DNA of 64,000 nt from an uncultured bacterium. Its GTDB lineage: Bacteria > Verrucomicrobiota > Verrucomicrobiia > Verrucomicrobiales > DEV007. Positions 1-9,200 of this stretch are shown piece by piece (positions within the stretch are counted from its first letter, which is position 1; each line of letters starts with the position of its first letter). The DNA lies in NCBI GenBank assembly GCA_963977015.1, contig CAXBMO010000004.1, positions 256,001 to 320,000 of the forward strand, in the 5' to 3' direction. The notes under the pieces are model-generated. The model ran no database searches. It was not told the DNA's origin and was given only the letters and a program-made list of their open reading frames with translations. A program made the position numbers and the translations under genes.

Positions 1-1171
1 TGCTCTTGGGCGGCATGATTTGTCCGGCATCGGCGATGGCCATGAGCTGATCGCACGTCGTTGGATACATCGAAAACGCGACGGCGGCTTCACCGGAAGC
101 CACTTTGGCCTCCAACTCTCCCGTTCCACGGATTCCCCCGATGAAGGCGATTCCTTTTGCCGTCCGTGGATCTTCGATTCCGAGAACCGGAGCCAGCAGA
201 CGTTCCTGAAGAACGCTAACGTCCAGGCTACTAACAGGATCTGCATTGGGATCCGGATCCCAACTCAGGGTGAACCATTTTCCTCCCAAATGCATGCATA
301 CCTGGCCGGAACCTGCGGGTTCTTTCTCGCCGGATTCCGTTACCTGGAATGTTTCACGAACTTTCGCCAAAAACGCGTCCTCACTCAGCCCATTCAAGCT
401 GGCTACCGCGCGGTTGTAGGCCAGAATCTTGAGCTGATCGGCGGGGAAGAGAACCGTCAAAAACCAGTTGTAGTTTTCGGTGCCATCATGGTTCGGGTTT
501 GCGGCCCGGCGCTCGGCTCCAACGCGATATGCGCTCGCACTACGGTGATGACCGTCCGCGACGTATCCCAGTTCCACCTCTCCGAACAAGCGCACAAATT
601 CCTCGTGGTTTCCGACCCTCCAGACGGTGTGCCCCACCCCGTCGGGAGCCACAAAATCGAAAGTGGGCTCTTCGGTTTCAACAACGTGATTCACCAAGGC
701 GTCAATCTCGACATTCTCGCGATAGGTCAGAAAGACAGGGCCCGGATTCGCATTCAGTTCACTGACGACTCTGGTACGATCATCTTCTTTGTCGGGACGG
801 GTCTTCTCGTGCTTTCGAATGATGTCACGCTCGTATTCTTCAATGTGACAGGTGAGGGCAATGCCAATTTGTGAGTGATCGCCCATCGTTTGGCGATACA
901 CGTAAACGCAGGGTGCCGATTCCCGAATCAGGACTCCATTGTCCTGAAGCTTTTTGAAATTCTCGACCGCTTTGGCGTAAACTTCGTCGCTGTAGATGTC
1001 AGTTCCCTGGGGAAGATCAATCTCAGGCCGAATGACGTGGAGAAAACTGTCAGGGTTACCCTCGGCAAGCTTCGCAGCTTCCTCGGTGTTGACGACGTCA
1101 TAGGGAACAGAAGCTACTTTGGCAACTTTGTCAGGATGGGGAACCAGCCCCTGGAAGGCACGAACTCGCAT
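1..1171 (-). CDS. DUF1015 family protein (partial, runs off the left edge)
   Basis: Absent from the ORF track because there is no stop in the window. Hand translation from ATG at 1171 gives MRVRAFQGLVPHPDKVAKVASVPYDVVNTEEA...SFLHVIRPEIDLP, and the edge reads LMAIADAGQIMPPKS. Both are typical DUF1015 motifs. Confidence 0.9.
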   Translation of the reverse strand, partial: MRVRAFQGLVPHPDKVAKVASVPYDVVNTEEAAKLAEGNPDSFLHVIRPEIDLPQGTDIYSDEVYAKAVENFKKLQDNGVLIRESAPCVYVYRQTMGDHSQIGIALTCHIEEYERDIIRKHEKTRPDKEDDRTRVVSELNANPGPVFLTYRENVEIDALVNHVVETEEPTFDFVAPDGVGHTVWRVGNHEEFVRLFGEVELGYVADGHHRSASAYRVGAERRAANPNHDGTENYNWFLTVLFPADQLKILAYNRAVASLNGLSEDAFLAKVRETFQVTESGEKEPAGSGQVCMHLGGKWFTLSWDPDPNADPVSSLDVSVLQERLLAPVLGIEDPRTAKGIAFIGGIRGTGELEAKVASGEAAVAFSMYPTTCDQLMAIADAGQIMPPKS

Positions 1172-1287
1172 GGCTGGGACTCATAGAGTGCAGATGCGAA
1201 TTGGCCAGCAAAATTCTTGTCATGCAATTCCATTTGAATGGCTCGCCGCAAGATGCCGATCCCCAACAGGCGGTTGGGAAGCCCAAA

Positions 1288-1617
1288 CTACGATGTCTCA
1301 GAAGTAACAGGGCTGCTGGCAACGATCCGCCAATTCTGCCACTTTTCGCGCACGAGCTTGGAAGAAGAAGCCGTCCATTGCTGAAGCGTAGAAAGTCCCA
1401 CCAAACTGCCGCGAAGCAGCAATCTGCCCAATTTAGGCGCCCAATTTTCGATGACGGGGAGGTTCACAAGCAGCCAGACGGCCGCGACGGGAACAGAGAT
1501 AACGAGATTCCAGCCCTGCAAGGTACAATAGACCAAGGGTAAGAGAATTCCGTAAACGACGGCGAAGGAGAGTTGAATCCATGGAAGCTTTTCTTCCACT
1601 TTCTTTGGAGTGCGCAT
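1288..1617 (-). CDS. small hypothetical membrane protein
   Basis: ORF from MRTPKKVEEK with two hydrophobic segments. It fills the gap upstream of DUF1015 on the same strand. No family recognised. Confidence 0.45.
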   Translation of the reverse strand: MRTPKKVEEKLPWIQLSFAVVYGILLPLVYCTLQGWNLVISVPVAAVWLLVNLPVIENWAPKLGRLLLRGSLVGLSTLQQWTASSSKLVREKWQNWRIVASSPVTSETS

Positions 1618-1954
1618 GGTTGTGTTTCGAGGTGCGCTCAGATCAGCAGATGGCGTGCCACCTAGCAAGAAACAACTTTGCCCCTCGCTTTTTTTTCTGA
1701 AAAGTTCTCCTGACATCCTTCTTTTCTGAATTTACTTAGGAATTCTAAAATGTCAAACAATCTGGCATTATTATCACAAAATGGAGCTTTCTTTCAAATC
1801 GAAGCTCCCATGCTTGATTCAATCCTGGCGGGCACCAATCCTCGCCAACGGATGAAAACAGGGCTCTCACCCTCCATCTACTTGATTGAGTGTGGGATCT
1901 TGATTCCCTGCCGTTTTGAACAAGGTTAGGGTTTTCGACCGTCTACCTAACACG

Positions 1955-3649
1955 ATGTTAAAACACAAATGGGCTGTGCGAGCCAGACCAGATCAGGAGC
2001 GCGTTCGCCAACTAGCCGAAGACTTTGGTCTACGTCCGCTCGTTGTTGAGCTTTTGGTGCAACGCGGGCTTGATGATCCAACTGAGATCAAAAAGTTTCT
2101 CCATCCTCAGCTCAAGGACTTGAGCGATCCGTTCTTGATGCCACAAATGCGAGAGGCGATCGACCGCATTTTTCGGGCGATCGATGACGACGAAACGGTC
2201 GTGATCTATGGGGACTACGACGTGGATGGAGTAACTTCCGTAACCTTGCTTCACGGTTTCCTGAAGGCTTACGGGCTGGAGGCGAAGACCTTTCTTCCGC
2301 ATCGGATGGATGAAGGCTATGGCTTAAACGATCATGGCGTCGAACGGTGTTTGAAGGAATTCTCTCCGGATCTGATTATCGCTGTGGATTGTGGAACTTC
2401 CTCGGTTGAACAGGTGAAGTTTCTCAAAGAACAGGGCATCGACGTCATCATCTGCGATCACCACGAATGCAATACGCCGGAAAATCTTCCACCCGCCGTC
2501 GCCCTGGTAAACGCCAAGTTAGGGGAAGACTATCACTATCTCTGCACCGCTGGCGTGATGTTCAAAGTCGGTCACGCGATGCTGAAAACCCGCAAGACCG
2601 CCAATCTCAATCTTCGTGACTGGCTCGATATCGTCGCATTGGGCACGGTTGCGGATTTGGTGCCGCTCGTCGATGAAAACCGCACCTTGGTTCGCAAAGG
2701 TCTTCAACAAATGGAGCGCACCATTCATCCGGGACTGAACGCGCTCAAGCACGTCGCAGCCGTTGCCGGCAAACCGGTCGCCTACGACATCGGCTTCAAG
2801 CTCGGGCCGCGGTTGAACGCAGCCGGCCGCTTGGATACCGCACAGGCTTCGCTGGAACTGCTCATGAACTCTGACCACGAAAAATCCCGCGAGTTGGCGA
2901 TGTTCCTCGATGGTCAAAACCGTGAGCGCCAGGATCTCGAAGCGAGAATTCGAGAAGAAGCTCTCGGAATGCTGAGCAACTTTGATGAATCCAGCGATTT
3001 TGGAATCGCACTTGGTCACGACACCTGGCATCCGGGAGTGGTTGGGATCGTCGCCTCCCGGATTACGAAACAATTTCACCGGCCCAGTTTCATCATTGCC
3101 TTCGACGAAGATGGCGTTGGGAAAGGAAGCGGCAGAAGTATTGAAGGCGTCTCCTTGGTCGCCGCCCTGAACTCCTGTCGCGATTTGCTGCTGGCGGGAG
3201 GTGGTCACGAGATGGCTGCCGGTGTCTCCCTGGAGCGCAAGAATTTCGAGGCGTTTCGACAACGCTTCAGCGATTACATTCGCGATCATGCCACCAAAGA
3301 GACCCTGCGTCCCCGGCTCGACATCGATTTGGTCGCGACTTTTGATCAACTCGACCTGCAATTGCTCGACAGCTACGAACTGGTTCACCCGATGGGGATG
3401 GGGAATCCGGCTCCCCTGATGATGAGCAAATCGATCAAAATGGCCGATGAACCCCGGGTGCTGAAGGAAAAGCACCTGAAACTCCCGTTGATCCAGAACG
3501 ATTGCCGCATCGATGCGATGATGTTCAACGGCGCCGTAGAAGAACTTCCCAAACTTCCCTGGGATATCGCCTACCGGATCAGCCGAAATATCTACAAGGG
3601 CCGCTCCAGTTTAAGCGTGGTAATCGAAGCGATCAGGACCTCGGAATGA
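1955..3649 (+). CDS. recJ: single-stranded-DNA-specific exonuclease RecJ
   Basis: DHH-family motifs YGDYDVDG, DEGYG, DCG, DHH, GTVADLV, PRLNAAGRL, GSGRS and GGHEMAAG. Start chosen at the first ATG. Confidence 0.97.
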   Translation: MLKHKWAVRARPDQERVRQLAEDFGLRPLVVELLVQRGLDDPTEIKKFLHPQLKDLSDPFLMPQMREAIDRIFRAIDDDETVVIYGDYDVDGVTSVTLLHGFLKAYGLEAKTFLPHRMDEGYGLNDHGVERCLKEFSPDLIIAVDCGTSSVEQVKFLKEQGIDVIICDHHECNTPENLPPAVALVNAKLGEDYHYLCTAGVMFKVGHAMLKTRKTANLNLRDWLDIVALGTVADLVPLVDENRTLVRKGLQQMERTIHPGLNALKHVAAVAGKPVAYDIGFKLGPRLNAAGRLDTAQASLELLMNSDHEKSRELAMFLDGQNRERQDLEARIREEALGMLSNFDESSDFGIALGHDTWHPGVVGIVASRITKQFHRPSFIIAFDEDGVGKGSGRSIEGVSLVAALNSCRDLLLAGGGHEMAAGVSLERKNFEAFRQRFSDYIRDHATKETLRPRLDIDLVATFDQLDLQLLDSYELVHPMGMGNPAPLMMSKSIKMADEPRVLKEKHLKLPLIQNDCRIDAMMFNGAVEELPKLPWDIAYRISRNIYKGRSSLSVVIEAIRTSE

Positions 3650-3773
3650 CCCAATCCAGCAATATTCTGGAAAAGAAGTGTACAACTTTACAGTACCTTG
3701 CTAAAAAATCATACATTTTGCTCATTTAGCATTCTTTTTTCCTTGCGCCACCGCTGCTCTTACAACATGACTT

Positions 3774-3854
3774 AGGCCTCCCAAATCTTTGGGGGGGGAA
3801 TATAGCAGCCTTGCTGGACTTCGGTCCGGCGAGGCTGTTTTCGTAGGGAGGCCT
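3774..3854 (+). ncRNA. candidate structured small RNA or complex terminator element
   Basis: Closing stem AGGCCTCCC (3774-3782) pairs with GGGAGGCCT (3846-3854). It encloses a G8 run and a 16-bp hairpin (3804-3839) with a cUUCGg loop and four G-U pairs that form only on the + strand. Confidence 0.5.
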
Positions 3855-3885
3855 GGAACTACCTCTTCGCCACAATCCCCTCCGC

Positions 3886-4455
3886 CTAAGCGGATAACGC
3901 AGCTTCCGCATCTGCTTTGTGCCAATCCACCTCCACCTTCTGAATCCTGTCGAACCGATCCTTGTATTTCACGTAGCCATGCTCAGCGCCGAATTCGTGA
4001 ACCATCTTGGTGACCTTGACATCGAAACAACAGTATTCCGCGATTTCCATGATCTTGCCTTCCCGCCACCAACGAATCGCTTGAATCCCTTCGGCCGTTT
4101 TCCCCGTGCCGAGTGACGCGGCGGCCACGGCTTCCAGTTTGGGACGGTGTTCCAGCTTTTTTTCGAGATCGACCATCAAATCGAGACTGCGAATCTGGCT
4201 TTTGAGATCAAGAATCGTGTAACCCTGCAAAACTTCGTAATCGAAGCTGATGTGGTTAAAGCCAATCACCAAATCCGCCTTCAAGAGCTCATCAACCAGT
4301 TCGTTGGCTCCATTTTCCCCATAGATCCGGTATTGTCCGGAAGCCGAACTGTAGGTTACGCCAATGGACATGCCCATACGGTCTTTGTAGCTCCACCCTC
4401 CCACATCATTTGCCGAACGCTGCGTTTCGAGGTCAAAATAGACAAAATTGGCCAT
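3886..4455 (-). CDS. RNase H-like (YprB/RNase_H_2-type, DEDD) exonuclease
   Basis: Motifs YFDLETQ, GFNHISFD, SLDLM and YCCFDV. Confidence 0.85.
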   Translation of the reverse strand: MANFVYFDLETQRSANDVGGWSYKDRMGMSIGVTYSSASGQYRIYGENGANELVDELLKADLVIGFNHISFDYEVLQGYTILDLKSQIRSLDLMVDLEKKLEHRPKLEAVAAASLGTGKTAEGIQAIRWWREGKIMEIAEYCCFDVKVTKMVHEFGAEHGYVKYKDRFDRIQKVEVDWHKADAEAALSA

Positions 4456-4598
4456 GCCCGATGAGGCTACTCACGTTGGAGGTGCAATCCAGCTATTTTT
4501 ATGGCTTCGTCAGGGCTCCATCTGATCGTAAATCGGCAAATTCGCGGACGGAATTACGCAATTCGCACCAGCTTTTCGTCGTCCAGATACGCGAAAGA

Positions 4599-4626
4599 TT
4601 GCGTCTTGTGACAATTCCGGTAGAAT
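4599..4626 (+). promoter_or_regulatory. sigma70-like promoter of the amidase gene
   Basis: TTGCGT-16 nt-TAGAAT, about 20 nt upstream of the GTG start at 4646. Confidence 0.5.
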
Positions 4627-4645
4627 TCTGACACCCCTACCTGCT

Positions 4646-5665
4646 GTGACTTCCCCCATCTTTGACTCCAGTTTGCCTCAAAACTTTTCGCGGAGAGAGT
4701 TTGCCCGCTATTCGCTGGCGTCGGCCGGGTTGGCTGCGGCAGGCCCCGTCCTGGGTGAAACGGAACGAGGCGTCTGGAAAATCGTGACTCATCAACGCCG
4801 GGAATACGTCACGGCTGAAAGTGTTCAGGCATTTTACCGGTTTGAGCGATTTTTCCGCGATGACAAGGACCTCATCTATCGGAGCCCGAACACGATCATG
4901 AAATGGCAGGTGGGAAGCACCGTCATTTTCATCAACAACATCAAGTTCAGCCTCAGCTATCCGGTCATTGAAGAGAACCGGAAGGTTATCATATCACGGG
5001 TCGATTTGCAAAAGCTGCTCGATCCTGTTTTGCGCCCCTGGTACATCAAATCGACCGAACCCTTTCACACCGTAACGATCGATGCCGGGCACGGTGGCCA
5101 CGACCCAGGTGCTCGAAGCTCCCACGGATCCGAAAAGGAGTTTGCGCTGGATATGGCGCGCCGATTGCGGGATGAGGTGAAGAAGCTGGGCTTGGCAGTG
5201 CACATGACTCGCGATACCGATCTGTTTTTGAGTCTTCCGGAGCGAGTCCGAATCGCCAACAAGATCGACAAATCGATTTTCGTCAGCGTTCACTTCAATT
5301 CCGGAACCAACGCAAATGCCTCTGGAATCGAAACTTACGCCCTGGCCCCGCAAGGAACGAGTTCCACCAACGATGGCTCCGTTTCCGCCTCAAAATACTC
5401 TGGAAATCAATCCGACGCCCAGAATATCGCGTTGGCGACAGCGGTTCACGCCATGGTCATGACGAAGATCGAAGCGGTGGATCGCGGGATCAAACGGGCC
5501 CGCTACAATGTGCTTCGCGGGATCAACCGCCCAGCCATTCTCTTTGAGGGAGGATTCCTGACCAACTCGAAGGAATCGAGACTCGTCGCCACCGCATCCT
5601 ACCGCAATCAACTCGCTGCTGCTGTCGCAGGCGGAATCCAGAATTTCCGCAAGGCAATTGGCTGA
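4646..5665 (+). CDS. N-acetylmuramoyl-L-alanine amidase (Amidase_3), Tat signal
   Basis: SRREF Tat motif followed by a hydrophobic helix. Zinc amidase motifs IDAGHGGHDPGA, EK, SVHFN and ILFEGGF. Confidence 0.93.
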   Translation: MTSPIFDSSLPQNFSRREFARYSLASAGLAAAGPVLGETERGVWKIVTHQRREYVTAESVQAFYRFERFFRDDKDLIYRSPNTIMKWQVGSTVIFINNIKFSLSYPVIEENRKVIISRVDLQKLLDPVLRPWYIKSTEPFHTVTIDAGHGGHDPGARSSHGSEKEFALDMARRLRDEVKKLGLAVHMTRDTDLFLSLPERVRIANKIDKSIFVSVHFNSGTNANASGIETYALAPQGTSSTNDGSVSASKYSGNQSDAQNIALATAVHAMVMTKIEAVDRGIKRARYNVLRGINRPAILFEGGFLTNSKESRLVATASYRNQLAAAVAGGIQNFRKAIG

Positions 5666-5669
5666 GAAC

Positions 5670-6467
5670 CTAGCTCAACGCCTTATACATCGCCCTTGTG
5701 TGCCAGTATCCGGTTACTTTCGCGAGGTGATTCTTCGACCTTTCGAAGCAACCAACCTTCAGAATCTTAATCGACACATTCCGAACCCCCCAACGGTTCA
5801 TGGAGGAGCGTGACGGGCGATAAATATCGATCGTGTTGGTGCCGACAAGAGCCGACCCGTAATCGTCAACGACGTAGGTGGTGGGTTCACCCTCAATTTT
5901 GAAGGTCGTTCCGATTGGAAACCTGGACCAGTCAGCCGCTGCCGATGTGTAGCTCTGGGTACTTCGCAAAGTCGATCCGATGGCAGTTTTTCGTCCGTAG
6001 ACCAAATGATCGGATTCGCTATGGGTGTAGGCCGTGGTGCGAACGGAAAGCGCGGATCTCATCCCTTTGAGCGGACTCGCATGAGGCACTCTGACCTTCG
6101 GATTCGACGCCAAACGATTCATTCCCGCCTTCCGCGAAGATTCGGCGATTCGTTGTAGCAGCCCTGGACGCTTCTGACTCGCGTTGACTTGGATTTGCGC
6201 CGTCACTTTGCGATCGCGGCTGCTGGGAGCCAACTTGGCCCGCATTCCGGAACCTTGCGGTCGGGTGGAACTGGATCGCTCCGATGACTCTGCAGATGCC
6301 AGTTTTTGGCGAAGTTTCTGAAACGGCTTCACCTTCAGGGTGCTGACTTCCCGATTCGAGGACTTATTGGTCACATTGCGGCGATGGCCATCAGCAGGGC
6401 GGGCTTCAGCCAGTGGTGCTGCCAAACTGCCCAGAAGCACAATAGTAGGAATCAATGTTGATTTCAT
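5670..6467 (-). CDS. secreted 3D-domain (MltA-like) protein
   Basis: Signal peptide MKSTLIPTIVLLGSLAAPLAEA, a basic linker, then TTAY...AAAD...VDDYG...IDIY (three-Asp domain). Confidence 0.85.
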   Translation of the reverse strand: MKSTLIPTIVLLGSLAAPLAEARPADGHRRNVTNKSSNREVSTLKVKPFQKLRQKLASAESSERSSSTRPQGSGMRAKLAPSSRDRKVTAQIQVNASQKRPGLLQRIAESSRKAGMNRLASNPKVRVPHASPLKGMRSALSVRTTAYTHSESDHLVYGRKTAIGSTLRSTQSYTSAAADWSRFPIGTTFKIEGEPTTYVVDDYGSALVGTNTIDIYRPSRSSMNRWGVRNVSIKILKVGCFERSKNHLAKVTGYWHTRAMYKALS

Positions 6468-6547
6468 GTTCGCAAATTTCACAGGTTTGCGACACTTCTA
6501 TAATTTTTATACTCAATTGCAAGAATAATATGAATTTGCAATTGCTA

Positions 6548-7294
6548 TCACGCTCGGAATTCCGCGGTTCCGTCCAAAAATTCGTGAGAAATGATGCTGA
6601 GCGCATAGATCGCAGCCGTCTCCGAACGCAAGACGGTTGGGCCCAAACTCAACGACTCAAATTTTGCCCGTTTTAACATTTCCAGCTCGTTTGGCGAGAA
6701 ATCACCCTCCGGACCAATCACCACACTGAGCGTCTTTGGCCGACTTTCAGATTCAGCCGCGATGTCGCGGAGCTTCCTCGAATTCTTGTCCAAGGCCGCC
6801 ACCAATCTCAGCTCGCTGGATTCCTCCTGAATGACGTCTCCCAAATTCGACGGCGTTTTGACGTTCGGAAGCCAGTTCCTGCCGCATTGCTTGCAGGATT
6901 CCAAGGCCGTTCGCTGCCACTTTGCCCGCTTCTTCGCTTCATCGTTCAACTTCACCACGCTGCGTTCCGTGATCACGGGAATGATGGTTGCGGCACCAAT
7001 TTCAGCGGCCTTTTGAACCACCAAATCCATGGTTTTGGCCTTGGGAATCGCCTGAATCAGGGTGATTTCGACCGGAAGCGGATCACCAACCGACTTCTCA
7101 ACGATTTTCAGTTGAACCCGTCGATTCGAAACCTGCTCGATGTCACAAACGGCCGAGGTTCCCGCACCATCAAACGCCTCAACCCGATCTCCAGCCTGAT
7201 GACGAAAAACCCGGGCGCAATGATGCGCTTCCTGGTCATCGAGCGTCACTGAATCGTTGTCCCATAGTTCCCGGGAAGCAAAGAAACGATTCAT
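6548..7294 (-). CDS. rsmE: 16S rRNA m3U1498 methyltransferase RsmE
   Basis: Motifs HHCARVFR, QKAAEIG, KQCGR, IGPEGDF and LGPTVLRSETA. Confidence 0.95.
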   Translation of the reverse strand: MNRFFASRELWDNDSVTLDDQEAHHCARVFRHQAGDRVEAFDGAGTSAVCDIEQVSNRRVQLKIVEKSVGDPLPVEITLIQAIPKAKTMDLVVQKAAEIGAATIIPVITERSVVKLNDEAKKRAKWQRTALESCKQCGRNWLPNVKTPSNLGDVIQEESSELRLVAALDKNSRKLRDIAAESESRPKTLSVVIGPEGDFSPNELEMLKRAKFESLSLGPTVLRSETAAIYALSIISHEFLDGTAEFRA

Positions 7295-7309
7295 GAGGTT
7301 GGAACCCGG

Positions 7310-8458
7310 CTACTTGAAGAAGCTTTTTGCGCGATCGAGGAACGACTTCCGAATCGGGCTGTTCCCATCACCAAGCGTTTCTGTAAAGGCGAGCAACTTC
7401 TCTTTCTGCTTCCCGTTGAGTTTGATCGGAATCTCGACGTTGACGTGAAGAAAGAGCGCGCCCTTTTCATCACCGCCATAGCCTTTGATTCCGCCACCGA
7501 CCACCCGAATGGTGTTGCCGCTCTGAGTCCCGGACGGAACCTTGATGACCCGTTTCCCTTCAAGCGTCGGCACTTCCATCTCTCCGCCGAGGATCGCCTT
7601 GTCCAAGGGAACCGGAAGCGCAACGTGAAGATCGTCGCCATCCCGCTCAAAAATCTCATGCTCACGGACGTGAATGACGACGTGAAGATCGCCGTGGGCT
7701 CCACCCCGCACTCCGGCTTCCCCGTTTCCGGGCGAACGCAGCCGTTGTCCGTGACGGATTCCGGGCGGAACGTTGAATTTGATCCGCGCCTTTTGCACGG
7801 TGCGGCCATCGCCGGCACATTCGCGACATGGATCGGTCAGAACCTGGCCGGTTCCGCGACAATTCGGACAAGTTTGCTGAACGTGGAAGAAGCCACGCGA
7901 CGAGACGACCTGACCTTTGCCGCCGCAGGTTCCGCAATGCTTGAAACCACCTGACGTTGAACCATTTCCGGAGCAGGTGGTGCAGCTGTCATACTTCTCG
8001 ATTTCGATCACCTTGCTCGTTCCGAATGCGGCTTCCTCGAGGGAAATCGGCAAATCGTAGCGAAGATCGGATCCCCGTTGTTTTCCGCTCGGGTCACGTT
8101 GCCGGCCCCCGCCGCCACCTCCGAAAATCTCCTCAAAAATGCTGCCGCCGCCGCCACCTCCCCCGCTGAATACTTCGCGAAAAATATCGAAAGGATCGTG
8201 AAATCCGCCACCACCGCCGCCGCCACCTTGGGAGAAGGCAGCATGTCCATAGCGATCGTAGGCAGCACGCTTCTCCTCATCAGCCAAAACGTCATACGCC
8301 TCGCTGATCTCTTTAAACTTCTCTTCTGAAGCTTTGTCGCCCGGATTTTTGTCCGGATGGTGCTGCACAGCCAACTTGCGGTAAGCCTTTTTCATCTCGG
8401 ACGCAGTCGCATCCCGGCTTACGCCCAAAACCTCGTAGTAATCTCTTTTGTTGGCCAT
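7310..8458 (-). CDS. dnaJ: chaperone DnaJ
   Basis: J domain with HPD, G/F-rich region, four CxxCxGxG repeats and the C-terminal domain. Confidence 0.98.
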   Translation of the reverse strand: MANKRDYYEVLGVSRDATASEMKKAYRKLAVQHHPDKNPGDKASEEKFKEISEAYDVLADEEKRAAYDRYGHAAFSQGGGGGGGGFHDPFDIFREVFSGGGGGGGSIFEEIFGGGGGGRQRDPSGKQRGSDLRYDLPISLEEAAFGTSKVIEIEKYDSCTTCSGNGSTSGGFKHCGTCGGKGQVVSSRGFFHVQQTCPNCRGTGQVLTDPCRECAGDGRTVQKARIKFNVPPGIRHGQRLRSPGNGEAGVRGGAHGDLHVVIHVREHEIFERDGDDLHVALPVPLDKAILGGEMEVPTLEGKRVIKVPSGTQSGNTIRVVGGGIKGYGGDEKGALFLHVNVEIPIKLNGKQKEKLLAFTETLGDGNSPIRKSFLDRAKSFFK

Positions 8459-8488
8459 TGCTCTTCGTTTACAAATTCAATTCAGCGC

Positions 8489-9145
8489 TCAGCCCTCCGA
8501 CCCGGCGTTTTGAGTCGTCTCACCAACCGGCTCCTCCGTTTCGGAATCCGCTGCAGGATTGACTTCAGGCTCGGGACCTTTCGAAACAATCACGTGAGCG
8601 GCACGAAGCAGCCGATCGTGCAGTTTAAATCCACGACGGATGACCGCAGTAACCGTTCCCTCTTCCACTTCATCGCTGTATTCCTGCTTTACCGCTTCAT
8701 GAAGATTCGGGTCGAAGACTTTCCCTTCCGCCGGGACTTCGACAACGCCTTGTTCGCCAAGGAAGTCGTCCAATTGCTTCATCACCATGGACATTCCTTG
8801 AAAGACGATGGAGTCCTGTGACTCCTGGCGAGCCGCATCGAGTCCAAAGCGAAAATTATCGATCACCGGCAACAAGGTTTCGAGCAACCCTGCGTTGCCG
8901 AACTTGATCGCATCCTGCTTCTCCCGAGACATCCGCTTTCGGAAGTTCTCGAGTTCCGCCTGGCTGCGCAAGGCAACATCCCGCCATTTCTGAGCTTCGG
9001 CTTGAGGATCCAGCTTTTCGGCGGCCTTCTCTTCATCAGGCGCAGAATTCCCGGCTTCGTTTGCAGGATTCACATCCTCAACAGCCTCTTCGTTCTCGAC
9101 ACCAGCTTCCGCTGCGTCGTTCTGAGTATCTTGGTTTCCTTCCAT
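8489..9145 (-). CDS. grpE: nucleotide exchange factor GrpE
   Basis: Motifs AELENFRKR, LLPVIDNF, FDPNLHEAV and GFKLHDRLLRAAHVIV. Start placed at MEGNQ. Confidence 0.96.
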   Translation of the reverse strand: MEGNQDTQNDAAEAGVENEEAVEDVNPANEAGNSAPDEEKAAEKLDPQAEAQKWRDVALRSQAELENFRKRMSREKQDAIKFGNAGLLETLLPVIDNFRFGLDAARQESQDSIVFQGMSMVMKQLDDFLGEQGVVEVPAEGKVFDPNLHEAVKQEYSDEVEEGTVTAVIRRGFKLHDRLLRAAHVIVSKGPEPEVNPAADSETEEPVGETTQNAGSEG

Positions 9146-9200
9146 CGTGTTTGAGTCGTTCCTAACAGGAATTTTTGGCTTCCGTGAGGCGCGGAGACTA

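Noticed and set aside
20-1186. Plus-strand ORFs 20..874 and 875..1186
   Set aside because: They are antisense shadows of the minus-strand DUF1015 gene, which the ORF track missed because it lacks a stop in the window.
3726-3752. TTAGCATTC resembling a CIRCE left arm
   Set aside because: There is no GAGTGCTAA right arm at 9-nt spacing, and it is not upstream of the chaperone genes.
3774-3854. SRP RNA, tRNA or 6S identity for the structured element
   Set aside because: It has no SRP domain IV (CAGG...GGAA...AGCA) arrangement, no cloverleaf or T-loop, and is too short for 6S.
8100-8230. CCGCCG/CCACC microrepeats in dnaJ
   Set aside because: They encode the normal G/F-rich linker of DnaJ.
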